In this document: positions 1 to 11,398 of the stretch, piece by piece
Numbering within the stretch: the first letter of the stretch is position 1
Layout of the letters: each line of letters opens with the position of its first letter
Translations under genes and position numbers: made by a program
Notes under the pieces: generated by a model
What the model was told of the DNA's origin: nothing
The model's input: only the letters and a program-made list of their open reading frames with translations
The model's database searches: none
DNA from: Cystobasidiomycetes sp. EMM_F5
Taxonomy: Eukaryota
DNA length: 64,000 nucleotides
Reading direction: 5' to 3'
Assembly: GCA_051047955.1 (NCBI GenBank)
Contig: JBPGPT010000002.1
Coordinates: 124,001 to 188,000, forward strand

Positions 1-202
1 AAAGACTTTACCCATACCTGCGTCTGCCAATCTTCCGAAGCGGCCGACTGCAGACACTATCGCGACCGCAGAAAGGCTAGAAGAGGTGAATTCAAAGCGC
101 GAGAACTCAGGGAGTCTACGTAATAAAGCTAGAGAAACGCAAAAGGAGACTCTGTCTGCGAAAGCGACGCTCGCAACTCTTGGTGCCAGTCTCAATCAGT
201 GA
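1..202 (+). CDS. 3' end of an unidentified gene (partial)
   Basis: Open frame from the window edge (KTLPIPASANLPKRPTADTIA...LGASLNQ) ending at TGA 200-202; no family recognised. Confidence 0.45.
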   Translation, partial: KTLPIPASANLPKRPTADTIATAERLEEVNSKRENSGSLRNKARETQKETLSAKATLATLGASLNQ

Positions 203-319
203 TGACCAGCTGCACCGTCATCTAGTCTATATATTCAGCATCCGTTTGTTGTTGTCCTTTACGCGATTGAATGTAAAGCAAGCTTGTCGCCCTCTGACGC
301 GTTAAAGCGTTTCCGCTCA

Positions 320-1588
320 ATGGTCCTTGCTGTTGCCAGTCATGTCTACCAGTCCATCTCGCTATCTTCACTGCCTCTCCGCTACGCCCTTGCAACCCTC
401 GTACTGCTGGCCACCGTGCGGGTGCTGAGTTCGACTCCATCCCTAACTGTTCGCAGGATTCTGCATGGAAGGACTATTATTGTCTCAGTGAGTCCATGCA
501 TTTCTGGGCCTATGTAGCTGGTTTGTTGTTGACTGCTGTTGCAGGGTGGTCTCACTCCGCTCAGTGCCGCGTGCGTCCACGTTGATTGCGGTCCTGGCCA
601 TCCGCTAACACTCCTGTAACAGCTTGATACGGTCATTGGCATCACAAGGCGCACAAGTAATACTTCTCCATCGTGAGCCCGCCGCGCCTGAGGTGCAACA
701 AGTCCTACACCTCATCGCCGTCGAAACGGGTAACGAACGAATCTATGCGGAGACTTGCGACACTTCGGGCAACTCGATGGCGAGCATAAAGGCATTCACC
801 GATAGATGGAGTCACAGCCGGAAGAAATCGCCATTGGGTGACGATCTGGGTCCCGAACAGATTGATACGCTTATACTCTTCGACGATTCATCTACCATAA
901 AAATTGGCATTGGTTCGCCTGACGCAAGGGCGCAATATCATGCTGCTTGCTTGTCAGCAAAGGTGGCTCTCATTCAAGGGCTACAATCAAGCATTGCGGA
1001 AAGCAATTCCCGGATCATCAGTGTTGTATCGCCATTCTACGCTGCGAGTCCTCTCCTTCCTCTGCCGACTGCTGGAATTGACCTATCTTCGGCGGTCATC
1101 TGGAGCAGATGGCAGCCATGGACTTTCCCAGCCTCGCCCGCTCTCGGCAGTATAGCAATAATGCGACACCTGGCCAAAGAACCGAATCATCTGCAATCGC
1201 TGTCCGTTACAACAGGCATATCACGCGACTGGATCGTACAGATGCTTACCGCGCACTATACTTACATTGGCTGGGTACTCGTCGTACTGCTGAGCCCGTT
1301 CATCTGGGCACTTGGCAAAAGTACAGCGGAATGCGTTACTGCCATCGAGAGAGGAATTATGCTAGACTTCAAGGCCAGCAGCCGGAGTAGCTTGCCAACG
1401 CCAGCAGGATCTTTGGTCGCTGGAGGGCGAATAGTCAGGTGAGTAGCATCTTCATAATGTCGGCAGCTGCATCCCAAAGGATCATACTTCAATGCAGGCT
1501 GCCAAGGTCCGAAGTGACAGATCCCTCCTTCGGGAAGACTCTGTATCTACACGAAGTAAATCGCTTCAATAACAGCATTGCAACATAA
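320..1588 (+). CDS. Membrane-anchored atypical short-chain dehydrogenase/reductase, Pbr1/YNL181W-like (multi-exon)
   Basis: N-terminal hydrophobic segment, then LHGRTIIVS|GGLTPL, LASQGAQVILL, NERIYAETCD and SRIISVVSPFYAA. GT-AG introns join the frames; last exon RLPRSEV...SIAT* ends at TAA 1586-1588. Confidence 0.65.
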
Positions 1589-1694
1589 ACCGCCAACACA
1601 GCCCTTCGGGAATATGTTTGGACAGTTACAAATCTGTTCTCACGTCCGGCACAATACGTACCTGCACTACATACGTACATCTACGGAGTACACG

Positions 1695-3945
1695 TCAAGA
1701 TAGTAAATCCTCAAACGGGTCCCTCGCTTTCGCTATCGGTTTCTGTGATTGGCTTTGGCCAAAATTGCCGAGGCTATACGGGTCAGATGATTGTTGTGGT
1801 TGTGGCGCCGGTGAAGAGGGGAAAGAGCTGGGTGTCTTGGGTGTAGAGGCCATTCCGAGCGAGATGGCGCCCGATGTCCCGACTCTAGCGGCAGAATGCG
1901 GTCCGCGATTCGGACTGTTTGGTATGGTGGTAGCCATCGCTCCATTGGCTTGATGTGTAGGTGTGACTGCGCCCATGTTAGCCCATGAAACGGCTTGTTG
2001 TGCCTGTCCTGTTGGGACTTGCGATTGATATTGAGAATAGAACGGCTGTGTTGTCCCGGTGGCATTAGGCTGAGGAGTACTGCTCGTGAAATCCAGGCCG
2101 GAGAATAAATCTAGGTTATTGCCGTTCGATGTCTGCGGAGTGGATGTGGTTCCGAGAGATAAGCCATCGAGGCTGATAGCTCCCTCCAACCCAGTCGTGG
2201 ATGGTGCTGCTGGTACAGGTTCATCAAAGTCGATAAGGTTGGGAGCGGCAGATTTCTTGCTTCGCGATGATCCGGATCGGGATGACCCAGACGACTTCTT
2301 GGCAAACGCAGGATTGATCTCTGCAGAGGCAGACCGATCCCCCTTTTTAAAGCTTTCGTAACGCTCCAAAACGTTGTTGATGAGATCGTTCATCAACAAC
2401 AGCTTGTCTGGGTGTCGTAAGAGTGAGGAGAGATATTTGTGCGAAACAAGCCGAGACCTACCTATTTTATCCGCATCTTGATCTTCCTCAGCAGAGCCAA
2501 TCCACTTTTGTATCTTTGGCTGCACATTTCTACACCTTACGGCGATTTGCTGTCCAGCAAAATAGAGTCAGATAATGCGATCCGGAACCGCGCAGCACGC
2601 AGAGCGAAACTCACATCGAAGGCGTCCCCTTCCGCAAATCGTTCGTTTGGCTTTACATTGTCAAGCATTTCGTTTAGCATCAGTATTCTGTGTTGTATCG
2701 ATGCAAGCTCTTTTGCCGTCTGCTGGGCGTAATCGGGCTTCTTCCCAGGTTCCTGTTTGCTCGGAGGTATCAGTTCAGAATCGCCTAGTCTTATCCTACA
2801 AGAGTACTGACAGCACCAGCCATCACCTTCATAAGTTCTTGTGCAGCTGCTAGATCTTTCGGCGTGCCTCTACGGATCAGCTCTTGTAATTTCTGGCAAA
2901 TGGCTCTGTTAGTCACTATGCAAAGGCATGCGGGGCAAGCGGAACTCACAGCAGCTTGTGCAGCTCGATCCTCCTCTTCCAGCTCGTCCGGTGACTTCAG
3001 GCCCTGTCTCATAACGTCTGAATTGAAGTGCCTCTAATAACAATATCGTTGCACGTACATCGGTCGGCGACAGGACTGAGGCTGCACGTCTATCGAAGTC
3101 GCGAAAGCGATAACCTGGATAAGACAGCGTAAGAATGATGAAGCACCATCAGGAAATGTCTCGTAGATTACCCTTATACCCAAGTAATCGGTGCATGTCT
3201 CGTATATTTGACAAGTCCTCCTTGTATTTTGACGAAACGCATATCGTATTCTTCCACTCATGAATAAGTTCGAGAATTTTGTTCATCGGTGGAGGTGGGA
3301 AAGCTGGAGGTCGTTCAGGGAACCGACGGACCAGCTCGTTCAGGAAGTCTTTTGTCGCTATTTGTAAGTGCATCGGGTAGCCGCAATTCTTGACCAGTGC
3401 ATCGAGAACCTGCCGCAGGGAACAGCGGAGGACTGTGCATCAGTGACATATTGCATCGCACTTCGACTCGCTTCCAGCTCATGCGCACATTCAGAGCCAG
3501 CATGGACTGATGCGTCATGCGACTATTGATGTTTTTCAGTATTTCGACGGCTGCCTCGCGCGGGCTGTGTGGAATGGCTGTCAGAGCTGTCCAGCATGGT
3601 ATCTCGCAGTACAAGGCGGCCGCACGCGTTCGCCTTCTTTGCATTCACAAGGTCTGCGATTTCGAGAATGAGCGACATATTAGGTTCTGGCTGCATTGGG
3701 TTGCAGGCGCGGTCTAGCGACAATACAATAGTTGCGAACGGGTTGTTCAAGTACGACACAAGTCAGTACAGTGCCGGCCTGCCGTTGACACGTATATACT
3801 GACCGATAAAAGCGCGAAGTTGGTCGTACGGGTCAGCCGCACTGCTGCTGCCCAGGCCAAAGCCCCGCCCGTCGTCTCCCCATCCTGTCCCTCTGCTGCT
3901 ACTGCTGCCAGCTCCACTGCCGGGATATCTCGACGAGCCATACAT
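1695..3945 (-). CDS. GGA: GGA-type VHS+GAT clathrin adaptor (multi-exon)
   Basis: VHS motifs (DRACNP..EPNMSLILEIADLVNAKK; HLQIATKDFLNELVRRFPERPP), GAT-region motif LKSPDELEEEDRAAQAA/KLQELIRRGTPKDLAAAQELMKVMAG, and clathrin-box-like LIDFD. Confidence 0.85.
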
Positions 3946-4203
3946 GTTTTCGGCAGAGCAGCTGTTGCGAGAGCGGTGCCAAAGAAGCTGACACGTCGAG
4001 AGCAGACAGGACCTCTTTGGGCAGTTATAGGCACGTCAAGGGCAAATTCAAGAAGACTTGGATACTCGGTACACGTATTCTATTGCTTCCAGTACGCTCC
4101 GATAATGAATACATAGTGCGACACGACTCTCCGCCGGTGGCGGCCAGCTCCCGCACAATAAGCGCAGTGGAGGTGCTTACACCTCGACACTCGTCCTTCA
4201 TGC

Positions 4204-5421
4204 TTACGTATAGTGCTTGCGGTTCTCTGTTGAAAGATTCAGCAAGAATGCATTCATAAATTAGAGGACTCAATCACCATTTCGACCAAACAAGCCTTCG
4301 CGCAGCTCGGGCAGCATCTGTACGAAAGGCAGGTCGCTCAGCTCAACCTGCACGTCCTAGGACAGATATCGAACGCACCTGCTCTTCTAGCAACCTAAGA
4401 CGCTCATCAAGCGTGTTGTCCACCTTGATTCGGTTGCCATGCCCGGTCAGCACTACACCGCCCGCTCTGTAAGAGGGCGTCAGTGTGAGACAGTAGATGT
4501 GAGACCTGCAGCTTACGATTCAGCTGGAAGGTCTCCATCAACCGTCAGCTTGACTTCATAACCAGCTTCGCTCTTGAACTTCGCGGCTGCCTCTTTCGTT
4601 GCTGCTTCGGCTAATTGCACATCCTTGCTTCTGACGGACACCTTCGCATCCTTCTCCATCAAAGTGAATAAGGCCTGGAACCTACGTCAGGTGGTATTCA
4701 TAGGCAAAACAGATTAGCAGACGACGTACCTGTAAGATTAGATCTTCCAAGACGGTCTTGTATTTGCCTTCATCGTTGGTGACTTCCTTCAGAGACTTGC
4801 GGGCATCATCGAAGGCTTTCTCGAGCAGCTCTTCACGTAATGATAGCAGCTTCAGTCGGGACTTGTTGTTCTGGTTTGAGGATGCACTGGTGACGATATG
4901 GTCCGATCAATGAGCATGCACACTTGCATGTGAATCCGACAAGTTGCAGCCCACATTTTCTTCTGAATCTCTACTTGCTTTCTCTTGCGCTCGTACAGTG
5001 CATCGATGTTTGTCGTTTCTTGCCGAACAATCTTGCCCTATTGATGTCGCATGCCCTTAGCATCAGATGGAGGCCGTGAACGCCAGTACTGAAAACACAA
5101 CCACACCTTTTCGATAGCAAACTCTTCGTCTGCCTTGACTTTGACCTCCTTTGCCTTCTCTAGTGCCTCTTGCTTGATAAAGGCGACCTGTTGAATGATG
5201 CACCGACGTCCAGATCATTACGCACAGCAGACACCAAAGCATAGCTCGTAAGTCAATGTCTGGCCGTATACCACATCCTCTGTGTCTGTGTGCCGTACCA
5301 TCTTCTTCATCTCGCTCAAGACCTGCAGACCTCTCCATCAGTCCTCGTTCCCTTTGACGGCATCTCAATACCGCTTCGAGCTCATTCAACTGCGCACCTC
5401 GTCATCATTGAGTGCAGGCAT
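4204..5421 (-). CDS. VMA4: V-type ATPase V1 subunit E (many small exons)
   Basis: Spliced translation MPALNDDE|VLSEMKKM|VAFIKQEALEKAKEVKVKADEEFAIEK|..KIVRQETTNIDALYERKRKQVEIQKK...MLPELREGLFGRN|ENRKHYT*; largely missed by the ORF track. Confidence 0.92.
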
Positions 5422-6209
5422 ATTTGCAATGCGTCTTTCAGGTCAAGTTGTCGTTGCAAGCTCCTCGTATCCGCCAATAAGTAGGTGGTTGAGCAACCTG
5501 ATGCATTCGTGACAGGTCTTATCAGGACAATATGCCACTTCCGCACAAGAATGAGCTCTTAAGGATTACATCTATAGCACACGGACCGTGCTCACTGACA
5601 ACATGATGTTACCGTTCGCAATCGCCAGAGAGATTCCGCTGATGCGCTCATGCTCACCCGGCAAATGTGAAGGCCATTCTCATCGGGAACATCTCGATTC
5701 CTACGACCTTATAGGCCTTACATTCCTGAGCACGCCAACTATTGATAGTCGCAATCAAGCCAGACCCGCTCCGCTAATGCCCTAGGCTGTAGTTTATACC
5801 CATCAAGTCTCTACTATATATGGTCATCTTTGAAGCTATACGCAATGACGCATCGACGCATAGACTCGCCCGCTGCCAGAACAAGATCTGCAACTATATA
5901 GAGCCCGTACGTGAAAGCGGCACGACTTCCGTGGTCCGTCGCACATCATTGGGACCTCTGCGGCTGTGAGTGTGCCAGCTTTACACCGAGTACTTCTCGC
6001 AGGTCAAGAGATATAGGCTCGCGACTTTCGACCAATCACCAGTCAGGACGCGCTATCAGTCCTGCGGTTGATGTCCAAAGAGGTGAATATCGCCACCGAC
6101 GCAACGACAGACCGTTTTACGGAAAAAGTATCATGGCCGTGCAAGAAAATTATGGCACTCCTCTGTGTCGTGCTAACCTTCCCCGTGTCTGCCTCTGCTA
6201 ATCCCCTCG

Positions 6210-6969
6210 ATGGGCTATACTACGGACTTCAAAGGGCACTTCGTCTTCAATCGCCCTCTGGACGACGAGACATGCAAACTTCTGACGGGTCTTGCCGCCA
6301 CTAGACGTGTGAAGCGCAAGTTTCGCCAGACGGATGGTTACGGTATCGATGGAGAATTTTACTGCTCTGACCAGGAGCCTATCGACCAGCAAACAGGCAA
6401 GGTTATCCGCAACATCGTAGACGATAATGAACCACCACGCACGCAGCCGAGTCTGTGCTTGCAATGGGTGCCATCCGCAGACCGAAAGGAACTGCACTGG
6501 GACGGAGGTGAGCTAAAAGACCGCCGGTTGAGCTGCAGGCTTACAGACGGCTTGCTACAGGAGAAAAGTTCTACGGCTACGTCGCTTGGCTTGAGTATTT
6601 GCGCGAGAAGATCCTAGCTCCGAGAGGCTACAGTCTTGGCGGCACTGTGCTTTGGTTTGGCGAGGCCGCTTCCGATACTGGCGTTATCACTGCAGTGCCG
6701 GAGGGTTTCATCATCAAAGGTAATATTGTCGAACAAGGCTACGCGTATGCTCACAAAGCCGGCTGCTGGCTACATAAGGACACTGAAGAGAAGCCAAATA
6801 ACTGCTTTAGTAAGCAGCCAGCTTCAATTTCTGCTCACACAGCTTGCTGATACCGGCCCTCACCATCACGTCAGGCTGCCGGCAATACGCCAACGTGAAG
6901 AAAGTTGACAATCTTCTCGACCATTACTACAGTGGAGAGGATGTGGATGTACCGCTTTCCGAGTGGTGA
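6210..6969 (+). CDS. Uncharacterised protein, copy A, resembling a phage/giant-virus/bacterial hypothetical family; 3 exons (6210-6507, 6561-6809, 6875-6969)
   Basis: MGYTTDFKGHF...TRRVKR...YGIDGEFY...NEPPRTQPSLCLQWVPS...HWDGGEKFYGYVAWLEYL...GYSLGGTVLWFGE. Introns 6508-6560 and 6810-6874 (GT..AG) restore a frame collinear with copy B. Confidence 0.8.
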
Positions 6970-7639
6970 TAAATGTATTTGGCGACCCGTAACACGCCTC
7001 AGACGGGACTCCTTTTGTAGTCTTCTCATATTGTTTCTTATGGCCGATGTACTCATTTGTGCGACCCTAGCGTGCGGACTAAGCTGAACTCCAAAGAGAG
7101 CAAAGGTCCATTGGTTACCAACTCTATAACTTCTGCTCATTCTCATTCCATCTGACGCTACGCTGCACTCCTGATGACATCAATGTTAAAGCCCTCCGCT
7201 GACAACGAAGCACAGATATGGCTGCTGTGGTCATCACATGCTCTACGACGGTCTCCTGTCCCTTCGCGGCCCCAGATCGCTAAGCCACTCAATGCAAAAA
7301 AGGCAATGTACGAGTCTCTAAATCCAACCCTATTTGAGCTCTATTGAAGTCTTGCTGCATCTCTCTGCCGCTTCGAAAGAAAATAAGCTCCTATATCATC
7401 CAACCCAAGCGGAGTGTATTTGACACAGACTATTCTCATGATAGAAAGGACTGTCATCAACACCGCGCTTTCTCACCAGCGGTAACGTTCACAGTACGAA
7501 GCGGCGGACACAATCGCCACCGACTATGGTGTGATGCGCAACCGTTTGACGCCAGCCTGGCGAATTTTTAACGGCGTTTGTTTCGCATATTTCTCGTCCC
7601 TCCTTCTCTTTACTCGTCACCCGACCCAAAGAGTCAAAT

Positions 7640-8434
7640 ATGGGCTACACGACAGTGTTCAAGGGTCACTTCACATTTTGCTGCGCTCTCGATGATGAGA
7701 CGTACAAACTCTTGGCGGGTCTTGAAAGTACTAGGCGCATGAAGCGCAAATTCCGCAAGACGGACGGGTATGGCGTAGATGGGGAGTTCTATGTAGCAGA
7801 AGACGAGCCGGTCGATCCTGCGACTGGTAAGCGTATCTCTACCATCGTAGACTACAACGTTCCACCTCGCACGCAGCCGAGTCTGTGGTTGCACTGGATC
7901 CCATCTGAAGATCGGAGAATGCTACACTGGAGCGGAGGTGGGCTGAAAGGGCAGTCACAGAAGCTGCAGACTGACACAGGCGGTCAACAGCGGAAAAATT
8001 CTATGGCTATGTGGCTTGGCTCGAGTACCTGCGCGAAAAGATATTGGCTCCGAAAGGCTACAGTCTCACTGGAACGGTACTCTGGTTCGGAGAAGACGGT
8101 TCCGATACCGGTGCCATAACTGCAACACCGGAGGGATTCGTGATCAAGGGTAACGCTGTCAGACAAGGCTACGCATATGGCTTTAAAGAAGAAGAGTGCT
8201 GGAAACACAAAAAAGAGACGAAAAAGTCGAGCGATTGCTATGGTGGGTGTTGAAACGTCCTCACATTAACGCAATTTGGCTAAGATTTGTGCGGTCTATG
8301 TGTTCACGCTAGATTGCCGCGACCTTATCGCTGCCGAGGAGAGAGACGATCGCCTCGACCGCTACTACGAAGGAGAAGATATCGAGGTGAACAAGGAGGC
8401 TGCTCATGGCTGGTCTGTCATCCGTGGTGCTTGA
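7640..8434 (+). CDS. Uncharacterised protein, copy B (tandem paralog of 6210-6969); 3 exons (7640-7937, 7991-8242, 8313-8434)
   Basis: MGYTTVFKGHF...TRRMKR...YGVDGEFY...YNVPPRTQPSLWLHWIPS...HWSGAEKFYGYVAWLEYL. Introns 7938-7990 and 8243-8312 sit at the same positions and phase as in copy A. Confidence 0.8.
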
Positions 8435-8761
8435 AGGTGGACATCTGTGGCATGTTTTGCTTCAGACCGGGTCGGAAATGTTAACGGTATCTCGTATCAA
8501 CAATGTCGATTGAGCACTGTGCGAGAGATTGGTGTCTTCTTCGGCTGGTTAATGGGCGGCGCTTTATGAATTTTTGCGAATCACCACTGGTGTTAGGGTG
8601 GATGAGGCGGAAGATCCAAATGGAGATCCGGCCTGCGTGGTAGCTTCGTTTGTCCATCTTTCAGTGCTATTGATTAAATATGCCGTACGCGCGGGCGTAA
8701 TATCAGTGCATTGGTCGGAATGTACGTGTAAACTAGGTCTCTGACCTACATCCAAATTGCC

Positions 8762-9504
8762 ATGAATCACCAGACTAGATATGTTGCAGCAGGTAGCACT
8801 GTCGCACTCGGCATTGGAGCGGTAGGTTCCCCTGCTAGCAAGCTTGTTGATGGCTTCGTGTGACGAGTATGCAACAGGGCTTAGCATTGTCGTATCCCTT
8901 GATACTACGCAAAAGCGTAGCCGCCCTGGATGCCAAGCAGCGCCTAGCAGTGTGGCAGGCTAGCTACAATGCGGGAGTTGGGTGCTCTTTGTACGGCGCT
9001 TCGAGCGGTAACTGACGAGCTTCTTCAGAAAGCCGCTATCCTGCCCATACCTCTGATGGGCGCTTTCGGATTTGTGACCAGTGCCATAATGGCGGCAGCC
9101 TACGACCATGGACGCGGTGTGATGTGCGCGAGCCTTGCTTCACCCTTGATTGAATACGGGCCGAAGTTCTGAACGGTGGTTCATTGACGCTAATGCGCAG
9201 TCCTCTTTCTGCCGCTGCTGCCTTGAGCTGCTGCCACATCGTATTCACCGTTGGTTTCATGCTCCCTACCAACAGTAGGTTAGAAGACAAACTTTCCTCT
9301 GGCGCAACCCAGTGACGGTAAATGCTGCTTCTCCACACAGACCGCCTGATGGACCTGAACAATCGCATCAAAGCTCTGCGCGATGCCGAAGTGAAAGAAG
9401 TCGAGACAAAGCTGTGGAAATGGTATAATCTACATGCCGTGCGAATCTTGTCACTTTTTGCAGCAACTTCGGTCGGCGCGTTCGGCGTTGCTGCCTTGCA
9501 GTGA
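8762..9504 (+). CDS. DUF1772/anthrone-oxygenase-like small membrane protein, copy 1 (multi-exon)
   Basis: MNHQTRYVAAGSTVALGIGA|GLALSYPLIL...LAVWQASYNAG...FMLPTN..L...EVETKLWKWYNLHAVRILSL. The W..Y..G, PTN and W...H.VR pattern is typical of DUF1772. Confidence 0.7.
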
Positions 9505-10155
9505 TTCCGCAAGCTACAAGGCGGCCGACAAATGCAATACAATCACAACTGGTCACGCGGAAAACATCCTGTATGTGTACACCCCTGCTGAACAAGTCGA
9601 CGGCTGTACGAGTTGGATCTCGCGGTTGGGGTACCACCGCCATGATGAGATCAGAGTTGTCACGCCGCCACGGACTTCGACCGTCCAGGAGAGCCCCCTC
9701 ATAAACAGTCAACGATAGCTGTCAGAACCTCGTTCGAGATCGCCTGAAACCTCGGGTCATGCTCTTATTCTCGTTTGGCGCTGGGCAGTCAGACTTATCA
9801 GCTCCAGATGTGTTGCCGCTCGCAAATCTTGCATGCGGGACGCTGACCTCAGCTGTCTGCCCTTGCTTTAGCCTGAATGGCCAACTGTGTTGTTCATGCA
9901 ATTCGGGCAACTGCACTTGGTACAAGTAGTTACCGTTAAGTGCATTCAGCGGGGTCGTGGAGATGGGGAGGTTTGTGGATATCCAGACGCTTCCGTAATG
10001 AGACTGTCTGTCCGAAACGACTGCACAGTGAGTTAGCTTTGCTGCTATATTTGGTACTTGAGTCCCTGTACCGTGCTAGGTGCCTTCTCCGCTTTCCGAG
10101 CTGCCTGTATCACAAGTGATTTTCGAAACAGCCCACCCGACAGCCAACACGTAGC

Positions 10156-10899
10156 ATGAGCCAAGAGACAAAGTACCTTTCGATTGTCAGCACCGTGGTC
10201 CTCGGGATTGGCACAGTCAGTCAGAACTTCACCGTTGATCCTCTCGCTTTCGCGCGTGAATGAAGGCTAACCTTCGGTACGTCGCAGGGACTGGCATTAT
10301 CCTACCCAGTCATTCTGCGCAGAAGCGTAGCTACGCTGGACGTCAAACATCGCCTAGCTGTCTGGCAGGGAAGCTACAATGCAGGGGTATGCTGCAACAA
10401 GCTGTTGCGCTTCCTTATCACTGAATTGCCTCTTAATGGACAGGTTGCGGCTATCGTACCCGTTCCATTGGCGGGAGCTGTTGGTTTTGCTACCAGTGCT
10501 GTCATGGCGCATGCCTCAAACGCTGCAGGAGGGGTCATGTAGGATACAATTTGCTTTTTATTTGCATGCTGATTGTGGCGAACCAACGAACACACTGTAT
10601 CCGCAGTCCCCTCTCAATAGCTGCCGGACTAAGCTGCTGTCATATACTCTTCACGATGGGCTTCATGATACCTACCAACAGCGAGTTGTTATACGATTAC
10701 GCACGCGACCACTACTGACTCTGCTCGTCTCCACACAGAGCGCCTCATGGATCTGAACAAGCGCGTCACTAGCCTGACCGATGCCGAAGTCAAAGACGCA
10801 GACGTGAAAATGAAGGACTGGTACGGCTACCATGTCGTCCGCGTCGCGTCTCTTTTGGCGGCTACATCGGTCGGCGCTTTCGGCGTTGCAGCTCTGTGA
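10156..10899 (+). CDS. DUF1772/anthrone-oxygenase-like small membrane protein, copy 2 (multi-exon)
   Basis: MSQETKYLSIVSTVVLGIGT|GLALSYPVIL...LAVWQGSYNAG...FMIPTN...KMKDWYGYHVVRVASLLAATSVGAFGVAAL*; collinear with copy 1. Confidence 0.7.
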
Positions 10900-11398
10900 T
10901 AAACGACAGGGTGTCGCCATGCCACCGCTCTCAAACATCATAAGTCTGTCAATCGATCAGAACGCGAACGACGCTGTATCCAACCATGTTGTGCTAAACG
11001 CCTGCTGTACTAGTGTGTGCGCCGCAAAACTTATTTGACTGAAGCGGACTCAGGTCTGGCACGTAAGTACGACTAATAATGATTGAGCACATCCAGTTCA
11101 ATAGACTGTGCGCACACTGAGCAAAGGCGGGTAGCCGGACGGCTGCTGTCAACAGCTTGTTTGGATTGACAAAAATGTATTAAATGAATGTGGGAACAAG
11201 AAATAGTAGGATCAACCGGGAAAGGACAAAAGGAGAATGTCGGATAAGGGGAGACCAAGCTCGGGAAAGACAGAAATATCCGCGCGTTAATCGGCGTTCT
11301 AACCTATCGCAGAAAGGATTTCTTCGGTATGTATGACCAGCAGCATAAAAGCGTAAGACGTCCGACTAGCGGACTCCTTTTCCAGGCGAAGGCGATGT

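Noticed and set aside
6500..8010. Apparent frameshifts in both copies (pseudogenes or programmed frameshift)
   Set aside because: Explained by 53-nt GT-AG introns at the same position.
6845..8253. Both unspliced ORFs of the duplicated gene end in Cys-TGA (..TAC*, ..GGC*), hinting at selenocysteine
   Set aside because: Both TGAs lie inside predicted second introns; splicing yields homologous third exons, so no recoding is needed.
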